A DNA stretch of 63,976 nucleotides, filler included, from Choristocarpus tenellus KU-1152 (GCA_964200185.2; 16 parts of 16 records of this genome joined end to end with filler, not necessarily neighbours in it); one strand, 5' to 3'; shown: positions 38,349-52,329, counted from the first letter of the whole stretch. Notes: a model not told the origin generated them from the sequence alone. Numbers and translations are program-made.

Positions 38349-38459
38349 GAGGTAAAGTATCTTAGAGGGTAGAGCAGCGTCTATTTGGGGGTCAAAATAC
38401 AATGTTGTGATTTTGATGTAATTTTGGCTATCCTGTAACCTCTTAAGATAGTTTCACTC
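38349..38459 (-). mobile_element. MITE family B, internally deleted (111 bp), TSD TTTA
   Basis: Both TIRs are retained. TTTA at 38345-38348 and 38460-38463. Confidence 0.85.
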
Positions 38460-39140
38460 TTTAAGAATACAAATGTCCAACAATTTCAGATTTTTGTATC
38501 TCAAAAAATTGGAGGGTGCCATTTTTTTTTTGACCTTTTGGTTTCTGGACATTGGAAACGTACAAGATCGATTAAGTATGTCCTACTACCACCGCCTTCG
38601 GCATGGATTCCGATTCAAAATAGGGTCCTTAAAAAGTGCCACAACATTTACAAAAAAAACATATGGGCACTTTCCGCGCACAATTTTGGGTAAAATCCAT
38701 CCTCCATGAAATAATCCATCCGCCATTATCTCGATCCACTGTTAATCAGGTACTATTGCTGACGGAAATTAAAGATCTCGTTGGCCTTGTCGCCTACAAA
38801 AACACCTGCCACCAGGGTTTTTCCTCCTCTCTGCTGGTCATCAGTAGTTAGTTGGTCGTACCCAGCGGAAATTGCCCAATTAATATTAATAATTTTATCC
38901 GTGTCATCTGGTACACAGGCATAGTGTAATCTCAGGGACGACAGCATGTTCTTTTAACTTTGATGATGGTGACGATCTTCCCTACCTCCTCACCCTGCGG
39001 GGTGCAGGAATAATAGGTTTGAGACACAGAAAGGCAGTAGTACAACATAGATACGTATTAGTAAAATAGTAAATAGATTTCATACATTTTTCACTTTTGT
39101 GACAACTGTTACTTTTTGGGGGATTTTTCAGACATGTGAA

Positions 39141-39200
39141 TAGTTTCCATTAGTTTTTCCACTCACACACGTACAAAATGTCAGAGGGCATAATATTAAA
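39141..39200 (+). mobile_element. RLE-LINE 3' terminal fragment
   Basis: TAGTTTCCATTAGTTTT...AAAATGTCAGAGGGCATAATATT. Confidence 0.65.
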
Positions 39201-39389
39201 ATAATGGTGACGAAACGTTCGTAATAAGATTGAACGAACGAATCCTTAGTCGTTATCGTGTGAGGTTTGTCCAATGGAAAGACACTGCGTAAACTAAAAT
39301 TGGATTGAAACTCTGGTCCACGAACTCTGGAGACGTTTGCAGCGGGAGAAGTATTGTCACAACCAGATTCCGGTCAAACCTGCGTCAAA

Positions 39390-40655
39390 ATGTCCCTACC
39401 CTTCAAAGATGAAGAAGACGTCGAGAACCAGAACTATCTGCGTGCTCTTAATGCTCTCCATATCATATTGAGAGGGCACGAAGAGGTGGCTGCTATTCTG
39501 CTCGGCGAAGTCGAGATCCCGCAACAAGGATACGACTGCCCCGCAGGTGAGCGACCAGGAACCGACAAATGGAGTAGGTGATGGATTTTCGTCTTCTGCT
39601 CCAAACTAACGACTCGTCAGGAAGTCCGTTTGATATTGGATACATGTGCATTCAATACTGAAGTGCCACATTACAACCCAGTGTCTATTCGACTAACACA
39701 TCACGTGTCCTGTTCCTCTTGTAGGGATCGAAGTGTCGGGAGATCTCATCAATGGTGTCGACGGGAGGGGTAGGAGTCACGTGGAGGTGAAGCGGGGAGG
39801 GGAGTGTGCATGGTGTATCGAAATGTGTCCTCCTCGAACAGGCAGCAGATGTTCGCTATTGAAAGAAGCTCCTCATCATGCAGCAAATGGAATCATCAAA
39901 CCAAATCGTACATTTACCAACTGTACTGTGCGACCCTCAATTTTACATTGATGATCAGCTGAAGTCGTGCCTACACCAAAAGAAAGACGCAGCAGTATTA
40001 CTAAGAGTTAGTGGGTCAATTGTGAGACCTAGGTGTGTATGGAAGAGAGAACCAGAGAACACTTGGGGAGTACTTTAGGCTGCCGTCGATTGTTTTTCAT
40101 CACCCTTGATTCACTAACAAGTCCAGACGCTGAACTCCTTCTCACTTTCGATTGAAGATGTACGGCGAGAGCGAAGAGTGGTCGCTGGAAGCTCTTGACG
40201 ACACTGAGCTGTTCTCCTTTGATAGCATGGGAAATGTGGAAGAGCCTTCACCTGATCTATCTTCGTGGTGAGTAGATGATATGAGGTCGCACATTTGTAT
40301 GGGGCTGCTTGCATTGGAACTAGTATATATCTACGCACAAGTGATACAGATGACCATTACTTGCTCCACAATAGCAAACAGCCCAAAGGAACCATACAAC
40401 ATTCAGGCAATCAATGTCACATGAGGTGAAGACAGTCATGGCCATGTGGTGCCCCACAGGTACAACCGGTCCCTTGGAAATATACCTGACAGAGTCTCTG
40501 ACATTCCTGGATCGGAAGATCTCGACCAGTCTGAGTATATGTTTGTGATGCAGGGAGAAGGAGACATCACAGACCGCCACCTACAGAACCTCGAGACACT
40601 GCACAGTCCATCGCCCCTCTTGTTAGGCTTCAATGAACCCACCGATGTGCATCAG
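39390..40655 (+). CDS. Uncharacterised acidic protein, 5' part; exons 39390-39546, 39725-39786, 40158-40267, 40460-40655
   Basis: ATG plus four AG/GT exons with compatible phases (1, 0, 2) give an open frame MSLPFKDEEDVENQNYLRALNALHIIL...GFNEPTDVHQ. No family recognised. Confidence 0.65.
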
Positions 40656-40697
40656 GTATAAAATTTACTGAGAGAGGCTTAGATTCGATTTCCCAGA

Positions 40698-40755
40698 GAG
40701 TCAAAGTATCTTAGAGGGTAGAGCCGCGTCCATTTGGGGGTCAAAACAAAATGTT
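40698..40755 (-). mobile_element. MITE family B end, truncated by contig end
   Basis: GAGTCAAAGTATCTTAGAGGGTAGAGCCGCGTCCATTTGGGGG. Confidence 0.85.
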
Positions 40756-41393
40756 NNNNNNNNNNNNNNNNNNNNNNNNNNNNNNNNNNNNNNNNNNNNT
40801 TAATTAATTAANNNNNNNNNNNNNNNNNNNNNNNNNNNNNNNNNNNNNNNNNNNNGCAATTGTATCTGACTGCGCGTCTTATACATAAGGTGTGTGTCGG
40901 AGATCCCAAAAAGGAACCTGTCCCTGACATGCATATTATAAAAAAATGTGTCAATACATGACAACTAATAAATTATTCTCTTCAAAATTATATCTGGTAA
41001 TATATATATTTTATATCGTCACGACGAAATAACAAATAATTGAAATACTTAGTGTATCGGAAGAAGTCATCGTGTACATTCACCGTACATACACACGATG
41101 CACATGGAGTACATAAATACATATTTGGTATGTTGCCCATTGATTGTGTGATTGTAGGAGGACTGACTTGTTGCAATCCTAAGTTATTTTATGGTACAAT
41201 AATACTTATCATATTAAATATGTTATATTTACAAGACTGTGGAAATACTTCGAACTTCTAAGTACGAACCATATACATGTAAGAGTTCTGGACGTCTCTG
41301 TCCCATCTATGATTTGCTTGCTACTAATATTCAAAACAGCTACAATCAGCTATAACTGCGTAGATTACCACCATAACTATTCGAAAATACTAA

Positions 41394-41430
<37 letters not shown>

Positions 41431-42169
41431 TAAGAATAATGGGAAAGTAAAATTCAGCGTGCTATTTATATATATATACTAGCTCTTTTTTGAGGGGGTG
41501 TATGCCCCAATTCTTACCTGAACAAAAATGACGCCGTAAGACATCTCTACACCACAGGGACAGAAAGTCAAGACATCCCCACCCTCCTTTTCTTCCCTCT
41601 CCTCTACCAATACCCCAACCGAGACAGGTTAGCACATCAATTCATACAATGGGACAAGGTGGAGCACGAAAGTTCTTCTTTTTCCATATTCCACATTTCA
41701 CACGATGATAGTCAACAATATTAATGCAACAGTACATCGCTGGGATGTAAAGTAGTGCCATTGCTAGAAGTGTACTACAAGAGGGACGGTGGCATTATGG
41801 TGATGGTATGTGTTTGAGGATTTTGTGTATTGAATCAAGGTCATTTGAATTCCAATAAGCATAATTTGAATTCCAAGGTGTACCTGTTTCAGTCTTGGAA
41901 CTACACAACTACCCCTAATTATACCGAGGACATATACACAAAAGAAGTTCGTATAGAGTGTACATTTCTTTTGGGGGTTTGATAGTTGTTTGGAGAGGTT
42001 TGAGTTATTGGGGGGCAGGCATATAACTCTGGGTAAGAGCAATATCGTAACCTGTGGGCGTCACAGCTTACGAGATCCTTGATTTATCGAGGACGAATGC
42101 AACCTTCAAGAGCTGAAATTTGACTTGGAGACAGTCACTTAAGTCCTCCCTTCGTCAGGTTGTCCAACC

Positions 42170-44392
42170 ATGCAGGACGATGGTGGCATCCTCAATGGAC
42201 CACCTAGGCGGAAACTCCCAAGGGCTAAGTCCCTAAGACTCCCCAGGCCCTCGATAGGATCCATGGCATCAGATAAAGAAGGAATTTCGAAGAGAAGGTC
42301 ACCATTGCTTGGACCTAAAATGATCCGGGAAAGACTCAGCGAAGATAGGATGAACAAAGTCAGCGTGCTGCCAGCGTGGAGCGGCCTCGATCACGAGAGG
42401 AGAATCAGTTTCTCTGAGGTTGGGGACCCCAACGGTTTCGTGGTAAGTCTAACCAAAGCGACCTTCATTCCACAAGTCCCATGAATGAATCGGGTGCGTG
42501 TTTTCAGCAACTGTCGCAACGTCTACTATTGTAAGGAGACCAATTCTAAGCTGGACCCTTTGCTCGCCTATAGTGTGCACTGATTTCATGTTCTGGGTGC
42601 GACTGAACAAGGGTCAGAGTGGCATCGCATTTTAAGCTCTAAGGACACGCTGCCCCTGTGGATGATCGGACCAGGTTCGAGTCTGCAGTCAGTTGAGATT
42701 TCGAGGACATCGACACCAAGCCCTCGAATTCGGAATGGGTATCCTTGTGCGCGATGGCACGTGGGGTGCGAGGGAGAAGGGGAATTTTGGCAAATCTGTA
42801 ACATCCGCTCTCCACAATATCAAGCGGCTTAGTAGTCTCTTTTACATATCTAGAGGTGCACGCACCCAAGGCAACAAGTAGAGGTGTAATTGAGTTACCT
42901 GTGCCTTCTCGGCCAAGTACGTTGGCCACCATCTGTAGCAGCGCTGAGTCTAGTGTGTGGGTTTTTGACTGTTGTAGTTGTATACTCTTTAGGTCTTGTA
43001 ATCGGAACTATTTCGCAGTACATCTAACCAAGCAGTTTTAATATTTCGACTTAGGAGTCCTAGACGCAGTGCTCATGTCCACTCTGAACTGATGGTGGGA
43101 GTGGGGGTTGAAGGCGTCCAGCTCACACTGACAGCTGTTGGAAGAAAAAAAGATGACTGCAGTTCCCTGGTCAAGAGAATAATCTTCACCATGATACAAG
43201 ATTGAAACTTCGCTCCTCCCCTTGTTGATTCTGTAGGCATGGATAAAGTGTTCGAGGTTCAAAGTACTCAAGACCTTCCTGAATATTTTTCTGCTCTTTG
43301 CCTGACTACATGTAGATGTCTGCCCGCACCAAATGTGTGACCCAGGTGTTCTTAATCCTTGGAATGGATTCCCACCGACACCTGTCCATTTTTTTCAATG
43401 ATGTTGCTCGGACCAAGGGGATAAGACTACTCTGCTTGGACAGACCAGGGAGGGGTCTCACCAGTGACTTTGCTGTTGATGGGTGGGTGTATTGACTTCT
43501 CTGACATGAGCATTGATGTTGTAGCTTGAACTAACTGTTTTGTTGGGCACCCCCAAATCCTTCTTGGGCACCTCCAAATCCTTCTTGGGCACCTGGTTTT
43601 GTGCCTCCTGCTGCTGATATGAAAAAGCAAAGGCCCTATTGTTTTGAGGTCAATGTATGAATTCGTTGTTCATGATTTGTCCCCCTTCCCAGTGCATTTT
43701 CACCGCTGTGTGGAGACATTATCAACAATGAACCAGATGCAAGTACCTCAAAAGAGTCTCTCTCCCCTCTCTATCTGTACCCCTCTATCTCTTTCCTAAC
43801 TTAAAATGGGTGGGTTGGCATACTCAGGACAAATCGAATCTTGGCTTTCCCAGACGTGGTGAAGGCATTCTGTGAAGTTGAGGGAATACAGGCATTTTCT
43901 CTCCTGGGCCAATCTCTGGGTGCAACCTATGCCCTTCGTATTGCACAGGTGGGAACTGGGAATGTGTTAAGTGGGAATGTGTTGGGAGACTCGCCTGCCA
44001 TGGCCATGTCGACTTCTTGTCAACCTATTCAGTTGACAATTTTGTTTGCACCTTGACGATTTTGTTTGTTTAGAAATAGTCAAGTTTGGTGAGGTGGAGT
44101 GTCTGAAAGATGACTCAGAGGACTTGCGCATTCCTTATGTAGTTGGCAACTGACATCATTGAACTGTACAATCAGTGCACTTGCATGCTGTCAATAGAGG
44201 CCTGACCAATAGTTATTACCAACAAACCCATATGTCCACCCTGCTCTCCCCCATTTTTTTTTTCTGACAATATGGCATGGGTCAGGTGATGCCAAATTTT
44301 GTGGCCACTACAGTGTACCTCGTGAGTCCTTGGGTATCACTTACTACTCCAGGAACAAATGCTATGTTGGGAGTGGCAGAGGGCTTACCCGG
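42170..44392 (+). CDS. Alpha/beta hydrolase fold protein, partial; exons 42170-42442, 43346-43482, 43828-43948, 44286-44392
   Basis: RRISFSEVGDPNGFV|VFLILGM...GIRLLCLDRPGRGLT...FSLLGQSLGATYAL (GxSxG nucleophile elbow)...VYLVSPWV. Phases are compatible. The last donor is probably GC (GG|GCAAGT). Confidence 0.88.
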
Positions 44393-45323
44393 GCAAGTTA
44401 CCCTCCACCCTTTCATGCATGTCCTGCCTATTACCTGCCTGGCGTTGTCCCTGGTTGTGGTTTGTATTGAACGCTAGTTTGTGGACCTTAACAATATTTT
44501 GAAGGGTGTGTTTGAAGGTATGATAGGATACTTCTGATTATCTTGCATCTTGTGATGGTAAGAACTATGTAGTATTCATTCATATTGTCAAAGCACAGCT
44601 TAGCTTTATCCAACAGCTTTAAACCTTACTGTTGTTTTGCTTTGAGAGATATAGGAGAGGGAGATGCCTGATTGTGCGCCTCCATTCCCTTGCCGTCATG
44701 TCCTTTCTTGGGTCAGCTATAATGCCTGAACAAGGCACTTGATTGTCCTCGTGGCTGATCTTTTGTGGAGATCTTGTGGGTAGAGTTCTTTTTGGAATAT
44801 CCAACCCGATCAAACCAAACGATTTGATATATTGTGGTCTTTGTGCTAGTGTAATGTGTTGGATGTAAAGATGTATTGGTGTTGTGATGTAATGGTGCAA
44901 CTATGTGGTGATGAAAATATACTCCTTGTCTGTTGTGTCCTTTGATGTAGTCGTGTTGACATGATGCTACTTTGATGTGTGGTTCTATTTAGTTGGGAGA
45001 AATTTTTATGCTCTGTTAGGGATGTTCTCGTGCTGGGAAATTGTTGACATTTTATTGTTATATTTGTGGTACCTAAGTATTGAAGAATTTTGCGGTGCCT
45101 GTCGTAAATATATATTTCTGACACTTTGAGTTTGATCCTTGCTGTGTTGTAATGATGTTGCAAGGATGAGAGACGAGTGCTGTCAACCTCATCTATCTCT
45201 GCAGTACCTTGAAGTGCTGGGGGNNNNNNNNNNNNNNNNNNNNNNNNNNNNNNNNNNNNNNNNNNNNTTAATTAATTAANNNNNNNNNNNNNNNNNNNNN
45301 NNNNNNNNNNNNNNNNNNNNNNN

Positions 45324-45394
45324 CCAAAAATCGCGACATGAAAAAATTGACCCCAAATGGACAGCCACCATCCCCCTCCCAGATACTTTGGGCC
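45324..45394 (+). mobile_element. MITE family A right end at contig start
   Basis: CCAAAAATCGCGACATGAAAAAATTGACCCCAAATGGAC...CCCAGATACTTTGGGCC. Confidence 0.8.
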
Positions 45395-46873
45395 ATTGCC
45401 CAGGTCCATCAGGAATCTTCAGGTGTAATACAACGGAAGCAGTAGCAACATATTCACGTTGTTTCAAGTCAATGACACCTAGCATTAGTTGTATCGAGCG
45501 GACAAAATCGTGCCATGCCGTCTGAATAACTGCAACAAGAGCTCGAAAAAGTAAGTCTAATACAGGGTTCCTAGTTCCTACTTATTATCCACAATCGATG
45601 TGTAAGACCCTACCCAGGAATGATCTATTGTCTAAACTTCAGGCACATATATTTGGAGCATGATTTGACCTCGAAATATATATACATTTTGAAAATGACT
45701 TGGGTTGACAAGGGGATGTTGTGGTCAACATACACGTAATACGTACAATAAGTATCATTGCTACTTTGCTGTCATCAATACCACCCCCAAACTTCGCTTT
45801 TCTAGTGGTCAAGGAGTGTACTGATGCTCCGACAATTCTACTTAGCTTTTATTTGTCCATTACTCAATTTGGCGAGGGGGCTCTTGCATATATCACCATC
45901 TCTACCTACTTTTTTGTTGTGAGAATGAAAATGAAAACATTGCAAAGGTACATTGACGCAATCACTCATCCCTGCAAGAGCCGGAAACACTTCAACAGCC
46001 CACTTTTCACCTTTGCTCAATAAATCGTCCAGGATTGTGCTGGGAATGAGTAGGACAACAGTTTGTTCAAGTTGTGATGAAGCAGAATGCAACCTCCTTG
46101 TTGTACATACAAGCTGATGTGAACCAAATTCCTCATATTGCGTCTAGGAATGCCAAACCCAAAATCACTGTGGAAAGGGATTCTTGTTATGAAAAAGAGG
46201 TGGGTTTTATTATCGAAAGGTGCTGTCAATATTTTGTGGCATAAGGCCTTGACATATACAACTGCTAGGTTGCAACATTGAGATGTTCCTTGTCGGTTAT
46301 ACCCATTGAGGGCGACAATGAAACTCCAAACAATCCATCAAGCACACTCTGTACAACAAGCTCTATGCTGCCCTCACTCTCATGGAGAGGCTCCCTAACT
46401 CCTAGGCGTAATTGTCCAAGAGAAGGGTAAGGGGAGCACTAGTTCATTGAGGACTGGCACCAACCAGACTAGCTGATCGCGTTGTCATTATATTGCCTTT
46501 CCCGAACTCCAAAAACAAAAAGGGAAGCGATATACACCCTCAACAGTTCAATGTAGTACCAAGCAAAAAATATGAATTCGACGCACCTCAAACAGGTAGT
46601 ACTCTAAAAATATATTCTTTGACGATATCAAATATTAAACCATCCCAGATCAAAATACGTCACACAACAACGTTTCACACAACGCATGGTTGGGACAACA
46701 GCAGGAACAATATCATATTGTCTTGGCTGCCTCGTTGGGATGGTATTATTTCTGCACTTATCATACACTTGTGGTTCCTGCACGTAACTTTCCTCTGGTC
46801 TGTCCAAGCAACAGGGCTTTGTACACATAATGCAATCTCTTTGTCTGTCTTGGTGGTGATTATGGGAGAAAGT

Positions 46874-47131
46874 GAGTCAAAGTATCTTAGAGAGTAGGAC
46901 CGCGTCCTTTTGGGGTCCAAAATCCCATGTCGCGATTTTGATGTAATTTGGCTATCATGTTTTGTAGGAAGTTTCAATATCCGTGTTCCAGACACACCTT
47001 CTTATAACGTATATAGTTTACCTACTCCAAAACATTTTGTTGTAGGTAAAATGTCGTAAAAAACTCGTGGGATGCCAAGCTCCAAACAGACAAACAAGGA
47101 AAAACTTGTACCCTCTGAGATACTTTCACTC
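46874..47131 (-). mobile_element. MITE family B, full length (258 bp)
   Basis: GAGTCAAAGTATCTTAGAG...AGATACTTTCACTC. Flanks AAGT/AGGT (TSD with one mismatch). Confidence 0.92.
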
Positions 47132-47665
47132 AGGTGCGGATAACATATGTTGAAGTGTGCTAGTTAAATGCTTGGTAGGTCTAAATTAAAGTTCAGAGAT
47201 TTTTCTCTGCGTTTTCTAGGCATGTCTTATCTTATCAAAGTAGCCTACGCAAGTATTTTCCCTTTGGTTTGTTCAAGCAAATAGGGCTTGATAACATTAA
47301 CAAGTCCCACTCACTTGAACAGACCAAAGGGAAGATACATGCATGACCCTCCTTTGTAGGATAAGAGAAAAAATATATACCCCAAGGAGGCAACCAAGAA
47401 GTCCTGTATTATTGGACAAACCAAAGAGAAAATACGTTCATTAACTATGTCTGTAGCACAAGTGCTGAAAAAACTTATCTCAAAGAGGTAGATAGGCAAT
47501 CTAATACAATGAATTTGCTGTTGATATCTCGGCAATGCTTTGCGTGGCAGCAACCCCAGGATTTCCAGTCACAAGTTAGGAAAAAAAAAAAAAAATGTGC
47601 ACACTGGCTTCTACACTAGGAACGCTTCGTGGTATTCCCCACAGAGCATACAATGCATCACACAG

Positions 47666-47924
47666 GAGTGAAAGTATCTCAGAAGGTACAAGTTTTTCCT
47701 TGTTTGTCTGTTTGGGGCTTGGCTTCCCACGGGTTTTTTACGACATTTTACCTACTACAAAATGTTTCGGAGTAGGTAAACTATGTACGTTATAAAAAGG
47801 TGTGTCTGGAACACGGATATTGACACTTCCTACCAAACATGATGGCCAAAATTACATCAAAATCGCAACATGAGATTTTGGACCCCAAAAGGATGCGGTC
47901 CTACTCTCTAAGATACTTTGACTC
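47666..47924 (+). mobile_element. MITE family B, full length (259 bp), TSD ACAG
   Basis: GAGTGAAAGTATCTCAG...AGATACTTTGACTC. ACAG at 47662-47665 and 47925-47928. Confidence 0.93.
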
Positions 47925-48999
47925 ACAGTCCTTCCACTTCTAGTTGCACAAACCAAGCAGTACCTGGGAACACTCATGTGTGGTATTGGTTTCTACAGAA
48001 CATCAGTTAGTACCAACCAAGGGTACTCTGCTACACACTTGACTGCATATACAAGGAGTGCCGACTTCAAGTCCATGCGCACCCTGGTTGACATCCCAAG
48101 GTACCTGAAATCAAGGTCCATCTGTACTATTGAAGTGTGTTATTTGTAGCACACAGAAAAGAAGAGAGGATGGAATATGTATACCTTCACCCTACCATGG
48201 ACAGCTACTACCTTACTTATGTTACATAGAACAACCTTACGTAGGACTCAACTTACCACAACGAGAGCAGTAGCTATGTCACCGTCAAGGGCAAGCAAGA
48301 GTATGCTACGAAGGTGAGCCGTGCAAAGCACAGAGACAAGATTTCCATGCACAACTAGTCAAGCAGCAGCCAGGCTATCTTGCCTTTAGTCCCCTTACTA
48401 AAGTGGATATCATTCATGGGTGGTTTAGCCAAACACTATTCAGGTGTGATTGCGATGAATGTGAGTGAAAAAGGGTCAACATTGGAATCACCCAATGCAA
48501 CTTCTCTCTTTTCTCTCCCCTGCCTGCAAATGTGCGTGCTCATAGATCAGAGAAAAGAAGAAAAAGCACGGACCCCAGTGCTTCTTTGCACCACAACTCC
48601 TCATGCCCCAACAGTACTGCTGACCTGCTTCCAGACATTAAGAGTCAAAGTAAACGAGAAGTGCCCAGAATTTAATTCTAATGATGCTGACAAATACATG
48701 CAAAATTTAGCTTTTTCTGAAAATATGTACAGAATATTTTGTGAATTATGGTGGTGAAATTTCGATCAATAGAAAAATTAAGTCGAACTTAGAACTCCAT
48801 CCAAAGAAATATTAGCGAATTGCAAAAGATTAAAAAACAGACTTTAAATGCAAATTGGCCAATCCTGGGTACCTCTCACATAATACTTTGACTCTCACCT
48901 TGTTCCATCCAGAAGGCAGAATGACTGGAAGTAGGTCTGAGGTTCGGTCCGATTCAGATATGAAATGTAACTTCAAAGAGGTATTTGGCTCACATTGTT

Positions 49000-50300
49000 C
49001 TTCACACTCTGATCCTCGGACAGGCATATCTCCAGGCAGGGTGAGAGAAAAGAGAGACGTTCGAAGGTGGAGAAAAGACTACAGGCATTGACAAACAACT
49101 GTGCAATAACTGGAGAAAAATAGCTAGAAAGTGGTAATACTTGACCACACAAGTTGGGATTAACCTTTTTCTGGGAAAAATCTTGATCCTACTATCATGT
49201 CTGTTTACAAGTATGCAATGCCTGTTCCCCAGAGGTCCACGGTTGTCTAAGGGGGCAATCCCCACTATTTCCTTGTCAACCGTATCAACAGTGGCTTGAA
49301 ACAAGGGCCGTCCCCCCCCTTCTCGAGCTCCCATCCCGCCTTAGATCTCTTCAACTAGGAGAAGAGACAGAAAGGTGAACTTATGCTGCTTCCCCCGAGA
49401 ACGTCATGTCAAGCCTATGTCGCTGTAACAGTCCATATCTTGTTTGGGTTGGGGCCAAGAGCCTCACGATGGCCTTTTGTTTTCGCAACCCTGCACTTTT
49501 TCGTGAAACGGTAATTCAGTACTTTGTTTTCCCAGTCACTGTGTATGCCTTCGTCCGTTGAACACCATTCGTCTTGCCTCTTGCCTGAGACAAACCCCTC
49601 CCCCTTTCCATAGCCCCGAAAATCAGTCTTCTTCGGTACGAAATTGGACACGAGGATATCAGCTGTAGTTGTCCGTAAGCTTTCAAGAGAGCAGGTTGAT
49701 GTTTCAGCCAAGGTCCATAGTTATCTGACCACCTATTACATGCCTGGAGTGGCAAGGAAAGAAGTCAGCGGGTCAGGTGTTTGTGGGAATCCCGAGCACA
49801 AAGGAGTGCTAGAGGAAATTATGGGAGATTAAAAGTATGTGATAATACGTACTGGTAGTGGGGAGGAATATATATTCACTGAATTGACAGAAATGTAGGA
49901 AAGTTCTGGGTCAAATGACAATGCGGTAGTTGGGGTGCACCTAGGGCCAGGCGACTCGTTGTAATCATAGAGTTGGTGCTTCTGGTCATCTGGCAAGGTG
50001 AAAAACCACCTCTCGTCTACATAGACAAAGTCTTCGATTTAGTGGGAGGTCTACGAACCTTCTGGTCCTTGAGTGACCCGAGCGTTGTCCACCTCAACCT
50101 TTGCAGGTTGCACTCATCATCAAGAAACGGTGTAAGATAGGTCTAACATGCCCTTAAACCAAGTTTCTTCATGGTGACAGGTAGATTGGGCCGTGAGATA
50201 CCCAGCTGAGCTGCCAGGCCGCGCCGTGTCGCGAGGTTTATGGATTTCATTTTAAGGGCATCTCGTAGCCCATGTGCAGTACCTGTTGGTACCTAACCAG
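49000..50300 (-). pseudogene. Second DD39D-type mariner transposase remnant
   Basis: The minus strand gives LTPFLDDECNLQRLRW (cf. KPLLTDENKxxRL) and EDFVYVDERWFFTL (cf. HVDEKWF). The rest is heavily decayed and the boundaries are approximate. Confidence 0.6.
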
Positions 50301-50744
50301 AACTCCATTTCCATCTACAATCAATGTCGGGAACCATCAGATCAGCATCCTTTCGAGTCGAGTAGGCCTACCAAAGCCTTGTTTGAGATGGTCTGACTAT
50401 TTCTCCCGAACATCTCGGCAACTCGCTTTACGTCGTGATGACAGGACCCCTTCTGCCATCCTTGAATTAGCTCTACAATCACTTGTTTTGATTAAACAAC
50501 TTCAGATTCCTTCTTTAAATATCTCGAATATCTTCAGACCCATATGTGATCTTATTGTGTGACAGGAAAGGGTTTGAAGGTGGATTAGAAATTGAGATCT
50601 TGATTTAATCCTTTCTTGGGGTCCTCTACTTTCTCAAAAAACGATTGTTACTTGAATGTGAGCAATATTTGAATTGACCAATTAGATCGTGCTGTTCAAA
50701 ATGGTGAAATCGGTATAAAAACTTTTATATGAGTGTGAAATAAT

Positions 50745-50806
50745 TATATTATTATTATGCACTCTGACATTTTGCACATGTGTCAGGGGGAAACCAATGA
50801 AAACTA
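50745..50806 (-). mobile_element. RLE-LINE 3' terminal fragment
   Basis: ATTATTATTATGCACTCTGACATTTTGCACATGTGTCAGGGGGAAACCAATGAAAACTA, near-identical to 30340-30401. Confidence 0.8.
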
Positions 50807-50959
50807 TATACATATNNNNNNNNNNNNNNNNNNNNNNNNNNNNNNNNNNNNNNNNNNNNTTAATTAATTAANNNNNNNNNNNNNNNNNNNNNNNNNNNNN
50901 NNNNNNNNNNNNNNNCCCTAGATACTTTGAGGCAATACCACTCCCCCCCCTCCTGTGCG

Positions 50960-51550
50960 TGTGGCTGATGACGAAACCCACTCTGTTAGCTTTCTACTGG
51001 TCTGAGACGACAGGCTTCATCCCCTGCTTGACCTTCACCTTCTCGCTGTTGCACAGATTCCACAACGAGGCAAGGGAGACCTCAGCTTTGGCTACCAATT
51101 TGCAGAAGGATGTGCAGTATATCAATGGGACATCACAAACGTCAACAATTACTTATACGGCAGGCACATCGCCCCTTGTGATGTCGTACAAGGTCAACGC
51201 ATTCACTCTGTGCGATTTGGCTGTCATACTCTTTCAGATAATGGAACACAATGATTCAGAAAATTCCGAAGTCCCCTGCAATGACTGCTGCTGTCCCCAC
51301 AGGTATCCGAGTCTTGCACCATCTTTCCTCCAGGCATCACTCCACCACGCTGTTCTTCGTTGGGGTATTTGGGTCCTAACCCCGGAGATACTTCTGGGGC
51401 AAATAATTGGAACCGACTGGCGAGGACGGGATGAGCTAGCAGCTCGAATGACAGGGGGCCTTCGTCCTAGGCATCCCAATGAACACCTTCTTTGACAGTT
51501 TCACGAGGTTTTGAACCCCGTCAAATGCAACCTGGTTAAGTTTGCACTGG
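50960..51550 (+). mobile_element. Ty3/Gypsy pol remnant (protease region to RT junction)
   Basis: VQYINGTSQTS...YKVNAFTLCDLAVIL is aspartyl-protease-like, and GGLRPRHPNEH resembles GLPPxRxxEHxI. A homologue lies at 13100-13329. Confidence 0.5.
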
Positions 51551-51725
51551 TGATCCTCCATAGTCATGACAGCCTCCCAATATATATTAGAACTAAGGCT
51601 CGTCAAGAGAGTTTATCATGTTGGTAGTTCCTGGCCGAGAACGGAGCTTGCAAATGTTATGTTACATACAATTCCGAACGGAAGTAATGATAATAACACA
51701 ATAGCGGTAAGATAATAATAACAAT

Positions 51726-51985
51726 GAGTCAAAGTATCATAGAGGGTAGAGCCGCGTCCGTCTGGGGGCCAAAATCCTATGATGCGATTTTGATGTAATT
51801 TTGGGTATCGTGTTTGTTAGGAAGTGTCAATATCATTATTCCTGACACACCTCTTCATAACGTACACATTTTCCCTAACTCCGAAACATTTTGGATTAAG
51901 GTAAAATGTCTTTAAAACCAGTGGGAAGCCAAGCCCCAAACGGACAAACAGGGTAAAACCCGTACCCTCTAAGATACTTTCACTC
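51726..51985 (-). mobile_element. MITE family B, full length (260 bp), TSD CAAT
   Basis: GAGTCAAAGTATC...GATACTTTCACTC. CAAT at 51722-51725 and 51986-51989. Confidence 0.93.
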
Positions 51986-52329
51986 CAATAGCTTCCTCAG
52001 GAAGGCAAGCTAGTCACTTCGGCGCATGGAGCCTTCAAACCGGAGGAGCACATCATGGACTTTTGTAGGGAATGGGACATCTCTCTGACCGAGTATATTG
52101 TGAACAAGACGAATATGACACGAACATGGAACCTGAGAGGGGTTCTATTGACGACTCCAGCGACATTACTGTCCAACCCACAAGAAACATCGGCACCTGA
52201 GCACAACTCTCTTCAACTGAGCTCTACCAGACTGAGTAGCCAACCCCGGGTGGACTGCAGAGGTTTACATTCAGGGACAAGAAGAGACTTGACGACAACA
52301 TAATCAACTTACTCAGGGCAAACACTGAT

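Noticed and set aside
47960-48313. Possible plus-strand exons (also 18750-18852, and acidic ORFs 14900-15260 on -)
   Set aside because: Splice-like signals exist, but the frame is ambiguous and no protein family is recognisable.
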